The notes beneath the pieces were generated by a model. The model was not told the origin of the DNA. It saw only the letters and a program-made list of their open reading frames with translations, and ran no database searches. Below are positions 1 through 9,003 of a stretch of 64,000 nt of DNA, piece by piece (position 1 is the first letter of the stretch; the number at the start of each line of letters is the position of its first letter). This DNA comes from Candidatus Eiseniibacteriota bacterium (GTDB lineage Bacteria; Eisenbacteria; RBG-16-71-46). The translations under genes and the position numbers were made by a program. The stretch covers positions 512,001 through 576,000 of the forward strand of contig CAVSAC010000010.1 of the NCBI GenBank assembly GCA_963725865.1. The letters are read 5' to 3'.

Positions 1-497
1 CCGCCCCAGAGGTAGGGAACGCCCAGCAGCGACTCGACCCGGTCGGTCAGCCCCACGGGCGACCGCGTACCCGCGGCGAGGGCCGCGAGCGGGACCCACC
101 CGCGGCGACCGTCGGGCAACTCCAGCTGGCGGTGGCCGGCGCGGGCCGCACCGGGGATGGCACGGGCATTCCAATGGAGCGGCGTCACGGTCAGCCCGGC
201 TCCCGGACGCGCGAGCGCCACCACGGTCGGAACGACCACGCGGGCGCGGGCGCGACGACGCCACCGCTCGATCCGAGCCGCCGGCGCCGCCACCAGCCCC
301 CAGGCGCGCACCCAGCCGCGGTAGCCGTCGGAGTCGTTCTGGATCCGCCACCAGCGGCCCTCGTGGGCGCTCCCGAGCACGTGCACGGTCTCGCCCAGGA
401 GCAGCTGGCTGCGCATCTCGCTGGCGTGGTCGGGAGCCCGGCGCAGGTCCAGCACCGGGCTGGCGACCACCGCTCGCGGGTGAGGCGGTCGGCTCAC
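1..497 (-). CDS. SH3 domain + NlpC/P60 (C40) peptidase, YkfC-like; truncated at window edge
   Basis: Absent from the ORF track. Manual translation from GTG 497, overlapping the TGA of the upstream gene, gives MSRPPHPRAVVASPVLDLRRAPDHASEMRSQLLLGETV...DGYRGWV...LTDRVESLLGVPYLWGG. Confidence 0.85.
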   Translation of the reverse strand, partial: MSRPPHPRAVVASPVLDLRRAPDHASEMRSQLLLGETVHVLGSAHEGRWWRIQNDSDGYRGWVRAWGLVAAPAARIERWRRRARARVVVPTVVALARPGAGLTVTPLHWNARAIPGAARAGHRQLELPDGRRGWVPLAALAAGTRSPVGLTDRVESLLGVPYLWG

Positions 498-1765
498 TCG
501 AGTCCTTCGCTGACCAGCGTGAAGCGGCCGAAGCCCTCGCGATCGACGAACACGAATCGCCGGTAGGGCTGGTTGTAGTACCAGATCTCGACCTGGTTGC
601 TCACCATGCTCGCGGGCCGCGACTCGACCTGGTCGGCCGGCCCGTACTTGATGTAGATCCGCCCCATGTCCGATCGCCAGCCGGGCCCGAAGCCCTGGAA
701 GTGCATCTCGGCGTAGCGCAGTCGGCGGAAGAACTCGAGCATCGCCTCGTTGCGCGGAGTGTCGGGCGACGGGTCGCGTCGGCGCCAGAACGCCTCCCAG
801 CCCGCCGCCTGTTCCGCCGCCGGCAGCGCCCGCAGGTGCTCGATCTCCCCCGCCTCCGCGACGTAGCCGAGCGGTTCCAGCAGGCGCTCGAATTCCTTGC
901 CGCGCGGCGGGCCGCTCTCCTCCACCTCGAACGAGCGCTCGATGCGCCACCGCGAGCGTCCCTCGCTCACCTCGATCTCGAACGTGTAGTCGCCAATGAA
1001 CAGGTCGCTGCGCGACGGCCGCACGACCAGCGAGTCGGAGGGATGCGTGAGCGTGACGGTCTCGGCGCCCGTGACGACTTCGTCCTGGCTGTCGTCGAGG
1101 ATCCGGTAGCGGAGCGGGTACGTGCGTGGCCACGCGCCCGGGCGCCGATCGAACATCACCACGCGGACGGCGAGCTTCGACACCTCGAGCCCGTAGCGGC
1201 GCCCCGGGATCGGAGTGAAACCCCGCGTCGAATCGGCGACCCCGAGCTCGAGTTCCGAGAAGCCGAAAGGCATCTTCGCGTAGTCCGGCAGTTCGAGCTC
1301 GTCGCTCGCACTCGAGAGTTCGCGCGACCCCAGGTCGCGGACCGAGACCTCGACGCGATACCGGCCGGGCGGGACCACGAGCGTGCGCCGCTCCGACAGG
1401 TTGGCGGCCGCGGAGCGCGTCTCGGCAAAGCTCGCGACCGCGATACGGCGGCTCCAGACGTCACCGTACAGTCGTCCGTTCCCGTGCGGCCGCAGTACCA
1501 CGGTGAACTCCGCGCCGGCGGCGTACCCGGCGGGGATCTTCAGCCACTGCAGCTCCCCGTGGGGCACCGTGAGGGTCACGCCGACGCCTGGATGCCCCTG
1601 GTCGTCGACCGAGATGGCGATGTCGGCGGTGAAGAGCGGCTGCCGATCCGAGCGCAGCGGCGGAATGTCGTCCGCGTGGGCCGGCAGGCGGCCGCCGGCG
1701 AGCCCGAGGGCGGCGGCGAGCAGGATGACGATGGGCGGCTGGACGCGCGGGATCAGGCGGAGCAC
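494..1765 (-). CDS. GWxTD domain-containing exported protein
   Basis: Signal peptide; FWRRRDPSPDTPRNE...GWRSDMGRIYIKYGPAD...EIWYY. Confidence 0.85.
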   Translation of the reverse strand: MLRLIPRVQPPIVILLAAALGLAGGRLPAHADDIPPLRSDRQPLFTADIAISVDDQGHPGVGVTLTVPHGELQWLKIPAGYAAGAEFTVVLRPHGNGRLYGDVWSRRIAVASFAETRSAAANLSERRTLVVPPGRYRVEVSVRDLGSRELSSASDELELPDYAKMPFGFSELELGVADSTRGFTPIPGRRYGLEVSKLAVRVVMFDRRPGAWPRTYPLRYRILDDSQDEVVTGAETVTLTHPSDSLVVRPSRSDLFIGDYTFEIEVSEGRSRWRIERSFEVEESGPPRGKEFERLLEPLGYVAEAGEIEHLRALPAAEQAAGWEAFWRRRDPSPDTPRNEAMLEFFRRLRYAEMHFQGFGPGWRSDMGRIYIKYGPADQVESRPASMVSNQVEIWYYNQPYRRFVFVDREGFGRFTLVSEGLE

Positions 1766-1889
1766 GGCGGCACGCTAGCACAGCGAACGGGGCCCACAAA
1801 GCGCTTGACCTCACCCGGATGCCGTGGCCTCATAGAAGCGTCTCTGACCGAGGCGAGGCACCAGGACCAACCGGGTCCTTCGACGGGAT

Positions 1890-4715
1890 GTGAATACGAA
1901 CCGCTCGATTCCGACGCTGATTCTCCGCCTGAGCGCGGCACTCGCCCTCCTCTTCGTCCTTGCCCCACCGCCGGCATGCGCCACCCAGCCCGTCGCGGGC
2001 GGGGTGCTGCCCGAGGCCGTACGGGAGGCCTTCCGCAGTGGCGCGTTCGACGTGCCGCCGGTGCTTGGGCTCGGGACCAGTGCGGCCCAGACCCAGACCA
2101 CCTGGCGCGTTCCGATCATCATGATCGGCTTCACGGACGAGCCCCTGACCTACACGCCGGCGGAGTTCGATCAGGCGCTGTTCGACACCACCGGGGCGCT
2201 GCCGACGGGTTCCGCGGCCGAGTACTGGCGCTGGGCCTCGGGTGGCCGCATGAGCCTGTCGGGCCGGGTGGTCGCCACCGTCGCGTTGCCCCACGACGTC
2301 GCCTACTACGGGTTCGGTTACTGGGGCCTGCGCCTGACGTCGACCCCCAACAACATGTACGGCGCCATCCGCGACGCGCTCAACGCGTGCGAGGCGTCGG
2401 TGGACTGGTCGGAGTTCGACCAGGACCACGACGGCTACGTCGACATGCTCTGGATCCTGCACGCCGGTCCGGGCGGCGAGGCCCTGCGCGACTACAACTC
2501 GCTGTGGTCGGTCACCTCGCGGCTGAGCGCCGGCTGGTCCTCCGGTGGCGTGTACGTGACCTCGGACACGGTGCCGGGATCGACCACGCAGCGGATGCGA
2601 ATCGACCGCTTCTCCTCGGTGCCCGAGGAGTCGGCGCTGCTGCCCGGACGCCGCTCGGAGATCGGCGTGTTCTGCCACGAGTTCGGCCACGCGCTCGGTC
2701 TGCCCGACTTCTACGACACCAGTTCGCTCGGCGGGGCCTCGAACTGCGGACCCGGCTGGTGGTCGCTGATGGCGATGGGCAACCAGGGGCCCGGCGGGCT
2801 CACGCCCGAAGCGCCGTCGCACCCGGGCGCGTGGGCGCTCAAGATGCTGGGCTGGCTGACGCCGGCACATCCGACCCGGGATTCCATCATCACGCTCGCG
2901 CCGATCGAGAGCGGAGGCGGCGCGGTCGAGGTGTCGTTCGAGGGCGAGCCGTCGCCGGAGTACTTCCTGGTCGAGAATCGCCAGCGGCTCGGGTTCGACC
3001 GCGCGCTGCTCTCCGAAGGCCTGATCGTCAGTCATCTGGACGAGACCGGGATGGGCGCGAGCTACGCGGCCAACCGCATCAACACCGGGCTGACGCCCGG
3101 CTACATCGTGCTCGAGGCCGACGGACGGAACGATCTCTACCTGGGCCACAACCGCGGCGAGGCGAGCGATCCGTTCCCGGGCTCGCTCGGGGTCGCGAAC
3201 CTCGACGAGTCGACGTGGCCCAACACCTCGACGATCCTGGGCGCGCCCACCTCGGTCGCGCTGCGCGACATCACGCCGATCGGCGACGCCGTGCGATTCA
3301 GTCTCCAGGTCCAGGCGCCCGGCTGGCAGCCCGCGCGGGACCGCACGGAACCGGGCTACACGCCGGTCGAGGTCTACAGCACGGCGCGCACCGCGGTCGT
3401 GGACGTGGGAGGCACCATCTCGGCGGTTCGCAGCGAGGTCCTCGGCGGGATCCCTCAGATCGTGCTGCGCACCCGACGCGCCGGGACCTGGGGCAGCGGC
3501 GAGCCCGTCAGCGCCTCGAGCGGCTCGGCCCTGAGCCCGAGCATCACGGCACTGCCGGGGGGCGATTTGGCGACCGCCTGGAGCGACACCCGCGGTGGCG
3601 CATCACGGATCTTCTACCGCGCGCGGGTCGGCGGCGTGTGGGAGCAGGAGGTCGCGCTCGCCCCGCTTCCGGGCGAGGCATTCCGCCCGTCGATCGCCGC
3701 CGACGCCCACGGCGTGGTGTATGCGACCTGGCTGCAGGTGCTCGGCCAGCGCATCACCGTCATGTTCACACGCTTCTCCTACCTCTCCCCGTACGGGAAC
3801 GCGGTCGCCCTCAGCGACACCTCCCAGACGCCCGACGACCCGAGCGTGATCACGACGCCCGAAGGCCACTGCTACGTGCAGTGGGCCGACCGTGGCGCAC
3901 GGCCCCGCACGTACTGGTTCACGAGGTTCCGCGAGGACTCCGGACTCAGCGTCCGGCAGTCCCTGATCCCGCGGCCCTTCTCCGAGCCCGGCGCCTACAC
4001 CAGCGCCGTCGACGCGGCCGGCAACCTGCACACGGTCTGGTTCCAGAGCCAGGGCAGCACCACCGAGATCCACTACCAGAAGCGCGATCTCCAGACCCAG
4101 GCGTGGCTGCGCGACACCATCATCGAGGTGCGGAGCGAGACCGTGCAGAGCCCATCGATGGCGTTCGACCCCGAAGGCGCGATCCACCTGGCCTACGAGG
4201 GGATCGGTTCGTCGCTGCAACAGGTGCGCTACAAGCGCTGGCGCGCCGGCCTCGGCTGGGATGCGCGCTCGACCACGCTGACCGGTGCGGCGGACGGCTC
4301 GGCGTTCCGGCCCACCGTGCTGCCCCGCTCCCCCGGGCTCGCCACCGTGCTCTACACCACGTACGCCGGCAGCAACGCGCGCTTCATGGAGCGCGACCGC
4401 ACGCTCGATCCGGAGCCGGTCACCGCGGTGACCGACGCGCCGCCGGCGGGCCGCACGGCGCTGCGAGTCGCTCCCAATCCGCTGCGGCCGGGGGTCGCGC
4501 TCGCGCTCCACTGGAGCGGTGCCGGCGCGACGCCACCGGAGGTCGAGATCTTCGACGTGGCCGGCCGCCGGCTCGCCCACGTGCCGCTGCGGCCCGGCGC
4601 GCTCGGGGCCTCCGCCGTGCTCGAGCCGGCGCGCATCGCCTCCTGGCCCGCGGGGCTGTACTTCGCCCGCACGCGCGATGGACGATCCAGCGCGCGACTG
4701 GTGGTGTTGCCCTGA
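1890..4715 (+). CDS. M6 family (immune inhibitor A-like) metalloprotease with propeller-like region and T9SS-A/FlgD-like C-terminal domain
   Basis: Signal peptide; HEFGHALGLPDFY, WSLMAMG Met-turn, EYFLVENRQ; tail PNP...IFDVAGR...AGLYFAR...RLVVLP. Confidence 0.85.
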   Translation: MNTNRSIPTLILRLSAALALLFVLAPPPACATQPVAGGVLPEAVREAFRSGAFDVPPVLGLGTSAAQTQTTWRVPIIMIGFTDEPLTYTPAEFDQALFDTTGALPTGSAAEYWRWASGGRMSLSGRVVATVALPHDVAYYGFGYWGLRLTSTPNNMYGAIRDALNACEASVDWSEFDQDHDGYVDMLWILHAGPGGEALRDYNSLWSVTSRLSAGWSSGGVYVTSDTVPGSTTQRMRIDRFSSVPEESALLPGRRSEIGVFCHEFGHALGLPDFYDTSSLGGASNCGPGWWSLMAMGNQGPGGLTPEAPSHPGAWALKMLGWLTPAHPTRDSIITLAPIESGGGAVEVSFEGEPSPEYFLVENRQRLGFDRALLSEGLIVSHLDETGMGASYAANRINTGLTPGYIVLEADGRNDLYLGHNRGEASDPFPGSLGVANLDESTWPNTSTILGAPTSVALRDITPIGDAVRFSLQVQAPGWQPARDRTEPGYTPVEVYSTARTAVVDVGGTISAVRSEVLGGIPQIVLRTRRAGTWGSGEPVSASSGSALSPSITALPGGDLATAWSDTRGGASRIFYRARVGGVWEQEVALAPLPGEAFRPSIAADAHGVVYATWLQVLGQRITVMFTRFSYLSPYGNAVALSDTSQTPDDPSVITTPEGHCYVQWADRGARPRTYWFTRFREDSGLSVRQSLIPRPFSEPGAYTSAVDAAGNLHTVWFQSQGSTTEIHYQKRDLQTQAWLRDTIIEVRSETVQSPSMAFDPEGAIHLAYEGIGSSLQQVRYKRWRAGLGWDARSTTLTGAADGSAFRPTVLPRSPGLATVLYTTYAGSNARFMERDRTLDPEPVTAVTDAPPAGRTALRVAPNPLRPGVALALHWSGAGATPPEVEIFDVAGRRLAHVPLRPGALGASAVLEPARIASWPAGLYFARTRDGRSSARLVVLP

Positions 4716-4738
4716 GGCGCGGCCGCGGCGCGGCGCTG

Positions 4739-5788
4739 ATGGTCCTGGCGCTGGCCACCTGCGCGGCGCCGGCGGTCGCCCAGGAGGTGCCGCGACTCGG
4801 CGGCTACCTCACCCTCGATCGCGACCAGTGCGCCCGCTGGGCCTGGAGCGCGGCGTGGCTCTACCCGGTCGGGGACCCGTTCGACTACACGCGGCCCGTC
4901 ACGCCGGACGGTCGCGGGTTCGCGCTGCTGCGCGGCGTGCGTCGCGAGGGCGGGCGCCACGACGGCGCCGATCTCGGCGACGGGAGTGCGGGCGAGCCGG
5001 TGCACGCCGCCGCGAACGGCGTGGTGATCCGCGCCGAGGCGAACGGTGCGGCGGGCGGCTACGGTCGCCACCTCGTGCTCGCGCATCGCCTCGCGGAAGG
5101 CGGCTACGCGTACACCGTCTACGCCCACCTGCGGCGCAGCGGCCACCTGCCGCGCGAGGGTGATGCGATCAGCCTCGGGCAGGTGATCGGCGAGGTGGGC
5201 CGCAGCGGCCGCGCGAGCACCGACCACCTGCACTTCGAGGTGCGCCGTCCGCGCGAGCTGGGCGAGCGCTGGGAGCGCTCGCCGGTGGTGGATCCGCTGG
5301 CCTTCGTGGCTGCGCGCCTGCCGCTGCAACCGAGTGGCGAGGTCGCGCCGGTCGTGCTGTGGGCCGCCGGCGGCGATCTGATGGGCGGCGGCGACGACCC
5401 GGGCGCGCCCCTCGCCCGCCGCGCGTGGTGGCACATGCTGTGGCGCAGCGCGCGCCACGACGGCGACGTGCTCCCGGACGGCCCGCGCTCGCTGGCCGAG
5501 GCGCTGATCGACGCGCAGGTGCTGCCCGCCGACGCGGCGCGCCGGCGCGGCGGGGTCGTCACGTGGGACGAGCTCGCCCGCGACCTCGAGCGCCTGCGCG
5601 CGTGCGGCGTGCGACTGCCGCCCGCGCCCGTCGAGGCCGGCGCGCTGCGGGCGTGGTGCGAGCACGAGCTGGGCGCCGAGCGCCCCGGCCGGCAGCCGTC
5701 GCGGCTCGCGCGCCACGGCGCGCAGGCGCCGACGGTCGAGCAGGCGCTGCTGGTGCTGGCCGACCTCGCCGGCGAGCCGGCACCCTGA
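4739..5788 (+). CDS. M23 family peptidase
   Basis: 3' part of ORF 701..5788. Signal peptide; HDGADLG, YAHL and HLHFEV motifs. Start may lie slightly upstream. Confidence 0.8.
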   Translation: MVLALATCAAPAVAQEVPRLGGYLTLDRDQCARWAWSAAWLYPVGDPFDYTRPVTPDGRGFALLRGVRREGGRHDGADLGDGSAGEPVHAAANGVVIRAEANGAAGGYGRHLVLAHRLAEGGYAYTVYAHLRRSGHLPREGDAISLGQVIGEVGRSGRASTDHLHFEVRRPRELGERWERSPVVDPLAFVAARLPLQPSGEVAPVVLWAAGGDLMGGGDDPGAPLARRAWWHMLWRSARHDGDVLPDGPRSLAEALIDAQVLPADAARRRGGVVTWDELARDLERLRACGVRLPPAPVEAGALRAWCEHELGAERPGRQPSRLARHGAQAPTVEQALLVLADLAGEPAP

Positions 5789-5797
5789 ACCCGTGGC

Positions 5798-5826
5798 TTG
5801 ACGGTGGGCGGCGCGCATGGCAACGT
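5798..5826 (+). promoter_or_regulatory. Putative sigma70 promoter of the ileS leader
   Basis: TTGACG-17 nt-CAACGT with extended TG, just upstream of the T-box. Confidence 0.5.
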
Positions 5827-5844
5827 GCCGGTTCGACTTCAACA

Positions 5845-6110
5845 AGGCTGTGACGGGGACGAGTAGGCGCGCGGAGCGCAGGAGCGAGCCGGGGACGGTG
5901 CGAGCCCGGTGCGACCTCACGCGTCGAAGATCACCCCCGAGCCGCCGACCGAACCGGCGCGCCGCGCCGCAGTAGGCTCGGACGGGAGGCCCTCCGAGAA
6001 CGGGCGCGAACGGGCGAGTGCCCGCTCCACGAGGCGTGCGTCGCGAGGCGCGCGCGAACCGGGTGGTACCGCGACTTCGTCGCCCCGGCGCTGACCCGCG
6101 CCGGGGCGTC
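5845..6110 (+). ncRNA. T-box riboswitch (Ile specifier)
   Basis: GA/K-turn base, AGTA at 5862, GCGAG bulge, GGTG loop, specifier loop GAAG-ATC-AC (ATC 5930-5932), stem II GAA/AGTA, T-box GGGTGGTACCGCG 6061-6073 inside an antiterminator, competing hairpin 6081-6108; lies upstream of ileS. Confidence 0.93.
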
Positions 6111-6143
6111 GGTGTCTCCGGCCGCAAGGACGTGGAGCCAGGC

Positions 6144-9002
6144 ATGGCCGGATATCGCGACACGCTGAACCTGCCCAAGACCGAGTTCCCGATGAAGGGC
6201 GACCTCGTCCGCCGCGAGCCCGAGCGGATCGCGTGGTGGAAGGAGCGCGACCTCTACCGGGCGCTGCGGCTGCGGCGCGCGGGGGCGGCGGTCTACCTGC
6301 TCCACGACGGGCCGCCGTACTCGAACGGCCACCTCCACATGGGCACCGCCGCGAACAAGATCTGGAAGGACGCCGCGGTGCGGCAGGCCAGCCTGATGGG
6401 CTTCGACGCGCCCTACGTGCCGGGCTGGGACAACCACGGCATGCCGATCGAGGTGCAGGTCAGCAAGGAGTTCCGCCAGAAGGGCGAGCAGCCGGACGTG
6501 ATCACGCTGCGGCGCCGCTGCCGCGAGTACGCCCAGGAGTGGGTGCGCACCCAGCGCGCGGAGTTCGAGCGGCTCGGCGTGTGGGGCGACTGGGACGATC
6601 CCTACCTCACGATGGCGCCGCGCTTCGAGGCCGAGATCCTGCGCACGTTCGGGGTGCTCGCCCAGCGCGGCTTCGTGCAGCGCGGGCTGCGCTCGATCCA
6701 CTGGTGCCCGACCGATCGGACCGCGCTCGCGGTGGCCGAGATCGAGTACCAGGACGATCCCTCGCCGTCCATCCACGTCGCGTTCCCGCTGCTCGCCGAC
6801 CGCGACGGCGCGCTGGCGGGCCACGCTCCGGTCGCGGCGGTGGCGTGGACCACCACGCCGTGGACGCTGCCCGCGAACCTCGGGTTGATGGTGGACCCGG
6901 CACAGACCTACGCGGTCGTCCAGGTCGCGGACCGGCGCTTCATCGTGGCCGAGGCGCGGGTCGAGGCGGTGGCGCAGGCGGCCGGCTGGAGCACGCACGC
7001 GGTGGTGGCGCGACTGCCGGGGGCCCGGCTGGTGGGTGTCGAGTTCGAGGGCCCGTGGGGCCGTCCGTCGCGCGTGGTCGACGGCACGCCGTACGTCAGC
7101 ATGGAGGAGGGCACCGGGCTGGTGCACACCGCACCCGGCCACGGCCAGGAGGACTTCACGGTCGGCCAGCGCAGCGGGCTGATCCCGGCGAGCCTCGCGG
7201 CGCACGGCGCCGACGCGGCCCAGGCGCTCACGCGCATCTGCCCGGTCGACGAGGCCGGCCGCTTCCTGGCGGGCGCCGAGCCGTTCGTGGGGCGCAGCGT
7301 GCTCGAGGTCAACGCCGACATCGTCGCGTGGCTGCGCGAGCGCGGCCGGCTGCTCGCCGCCTCCACGTTCACGCACTCGTACCCGCACTGCTGGCGCTGC
7401 CGGCAGCCGGTGATCTTCCGCGCCACCGAGCAGTGGTTCATGATCATCGACCACGCTGGCCACCGCGACCGCGCGCTGCACGCGATCGAGCACGAAGTGC
7501 GCTGGGACCCGGAGTCGAGCCAGAACCGCATCCGCGAGTCGGTGCGCAGCCGCCCCGACTGGTGCCTCTCGCGCCAGCGCGCCTGGGGCGTCGGCATCCC
7601 GGCGGTGTACTGCCCCGAGGGCCACGCCATCCTCGACCCGGTGCTGATCGAGAAGGTCGCCGTGCTCACCGAGGAGCGCGGCTCCGAGGCCTGGTACGAG
7701 CGCCCCGTGCAGGAGTTCTTGCCGGTCGGCTTCCAGTGCCCGCGCTGCACGTCGCGCGGCCCGTTCCGCAAGGAGACGGACATCCTCGACGTGTGGTTCG
7801 ACTCCGGCTCCACGCATCGCGCGGTGCAGGTCACGCACCCGGCGCTGAAGCCGCTCTGGGAGCGCGCGCTGCGGGAGTCGCGCGCCGGGGGTGCGGGCCG
7901 CGTGCTCTACCTCGAGGGCCCCGACCAGCATCGCGGCTGGTTCAACTCGTCCCTGATGGTGAGCGTGGGCACGACCGACCACGCTCCCTACACCGACGTC
8001 GCCACCCACGGCTGGGTACTCGACTCGCAGGGCCGCGCGATGCACAAGTCGCTCGGCAACGTGATCGCGCCCGAGGAGATCGTGAAGCGCCACGGCGCCG
8101 AGATCGTGCGCTGGTGGGCTCTGGCCACCGACTGGCGCAACGACGTGCGGGTCGGCGACGAGATCCTGCAGCGCGTCGCGGAGGCGTACCGCAAGGTGCG
8201 GAACACGTTCCGCTTCCTGCTCGGCAACCTCAGCGACTTCGGCCCCGCGGACGTGCTGCCCGACGAGCGCCTGACGCCGGTGGACCGCGCGTTCGTCCGC
8301 CACCTGCGCGCGCGGATCGAGCGCATGCGCGAGGTGTACGAGGGGCTCCAGTTCCATCGCGCGCTCGACGCGCTGCTCGACGTGTGCACGGTGGACCTCT
8401 CGAGCGTGTTCCTCGACTTCTCGAAGGACCGCCTCTACACGCTGGCGCCGGCCGACCCGGCGCGGCGCTCGGCGCAGACCGTGCTGTGGGAGGCGCTGCG
8501 AGGGCTCGCGATCGCGGCCTCGCCGGCGCTCGCGTTCACGGCCGAGGAGGCGTGGCAGCACCATCCCGGCCTGCTCGCCGAGCAGCCGAGCGTGCACCTG
8601 GCGGACTGGCCGCGCGTGGACGCGGCGCGGCGCGACGAGGCGGAGTGGGCGCTGCTGCAGGAGCTGCGCGACGCCGTCAACGCCGCGATCGAGCCGCTGC
8701 GCGCGTCGAAGGTGATGAACGAGACCAAGGAGGCCGAGGTGGTGGTGGCCGCCCCCGCGGCCGCGCTCGCGCACCTGCGACCCTACGCGGACGGACTCGC
8801 GGACCTGCTCATCGTGACGTCGGTGACGCTCGTCGAGGGCGCAGCGCCGGCCGGCGGCACCTACTCGGTGACCGCCCGCCGCACGGAGTTCGCGAAGTGC
8901 GATCGCTGCTGGAACCACCGCCCCGACGTCGGCCCCGCCGGCGTGTGCGGCCGCTGCACGGGAGTGCTGGAGGCGACCGGGCGGACGCCGGGCACGGCCT
9001 AG
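6144..9002 (+). CDS. ileS: Isoleucine--tRNA ligase
   Basis: TLNLPKTEFPM, HDGPPYSNG, WTTTPWTLPAN, DWCLSRQR, EGPDQHRGWF, C-terminal zinc finger CDRC...CGRC; ATG 6144 with GGAG SD. Confidence 0.97.
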   Translation: MAGYRDTLNLPKTEFPMKGDLVRREPERIAWWKERDLYRALRLRRAGAAVYLLHDGPPYSNGHLHMGTAANKIWKDAAVRQASLMGFDAPYVPGWDNHGMPIEVQVSKEFRQKGEQPDVITLRRRCREYAQEWVRTQRAEFERLGVWGDWDDPYLTMAPRFEAEILRTFGVLAQRGFVQRGLRSIHWCPTDRTALAVAEIEYQDDPSPSIHVAFPLLADRDGALAGHAPVAAVAWTTTPWTLPANLGLMVDPAQTYAVVQVADRRFIVAEARVEAVAQAAGWSTHAVVARLPGARLVGVEFEGPWGRPSRVVDGTPYVSMEEGTGLVHTAPGHGQEDFTVGQRSGLIPASLAAHGADAAQALTRICPVDEAGRFLAGAEPFVGRSVLEVNADIVAWLRERGRLLAASTFTHSYPHCWRCRQPVIFRATEQWFMIIDHAGHRDRALHAIEHEVRWDPESSQNRIRESVRSRPDWCLSRQRAWGVGIPAVYCPEGHAILDPVLIEKVAVLTEERGSEAWYERPVQEFLPVGFQCPRCTSRGPFRKETDILDVWFDSGSTHRAVQVTHPALKPLWERALRESRAGGAGRVLYLEGPDQHRGWFNSSLMVSVGTTDHAPYTDVATHGWVLDSQGRAMHKSLGNVIAPEEIVKRHGAEIVRWWALATDWRNDVRVGDEILQRVAEAYRKVRNTFRFLLGNLSDFGPADVLPDERLTPVDRAFVRHLRARIERMREVYEGLQFHRALDALLDVCTVDLSSVFLDFSKDRLYTLAPADPARRSAQTVLWEALRGLAIAASPALAFTAEEAWQHHPGLLAEQPSVHLADWPRVDAARRDEAEWALLQELRDAVNAAIEPLRASKVMNETKEAEVVVAAPAAALAHLRPYADGLADLLIVTSVTLVEGAAPAGGTYSVTARRTEFAKCDRCWNHRPDVGPAGVCGRCTGVLEATGRTPGTA

Positions 9003-9003
9003 G

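Noticed and set aside
701..4738. 5' part of the 1695-aa ORF 701..5788
   Set aside because: Overlaps the GWxTD and M6 genes in other frames; only the M23 portion looks coding
6018..6143. N-terminal extension of ileS in the ORF track
   Set aside because: Lies within the T-box leader; homology and SD support ATG 6144
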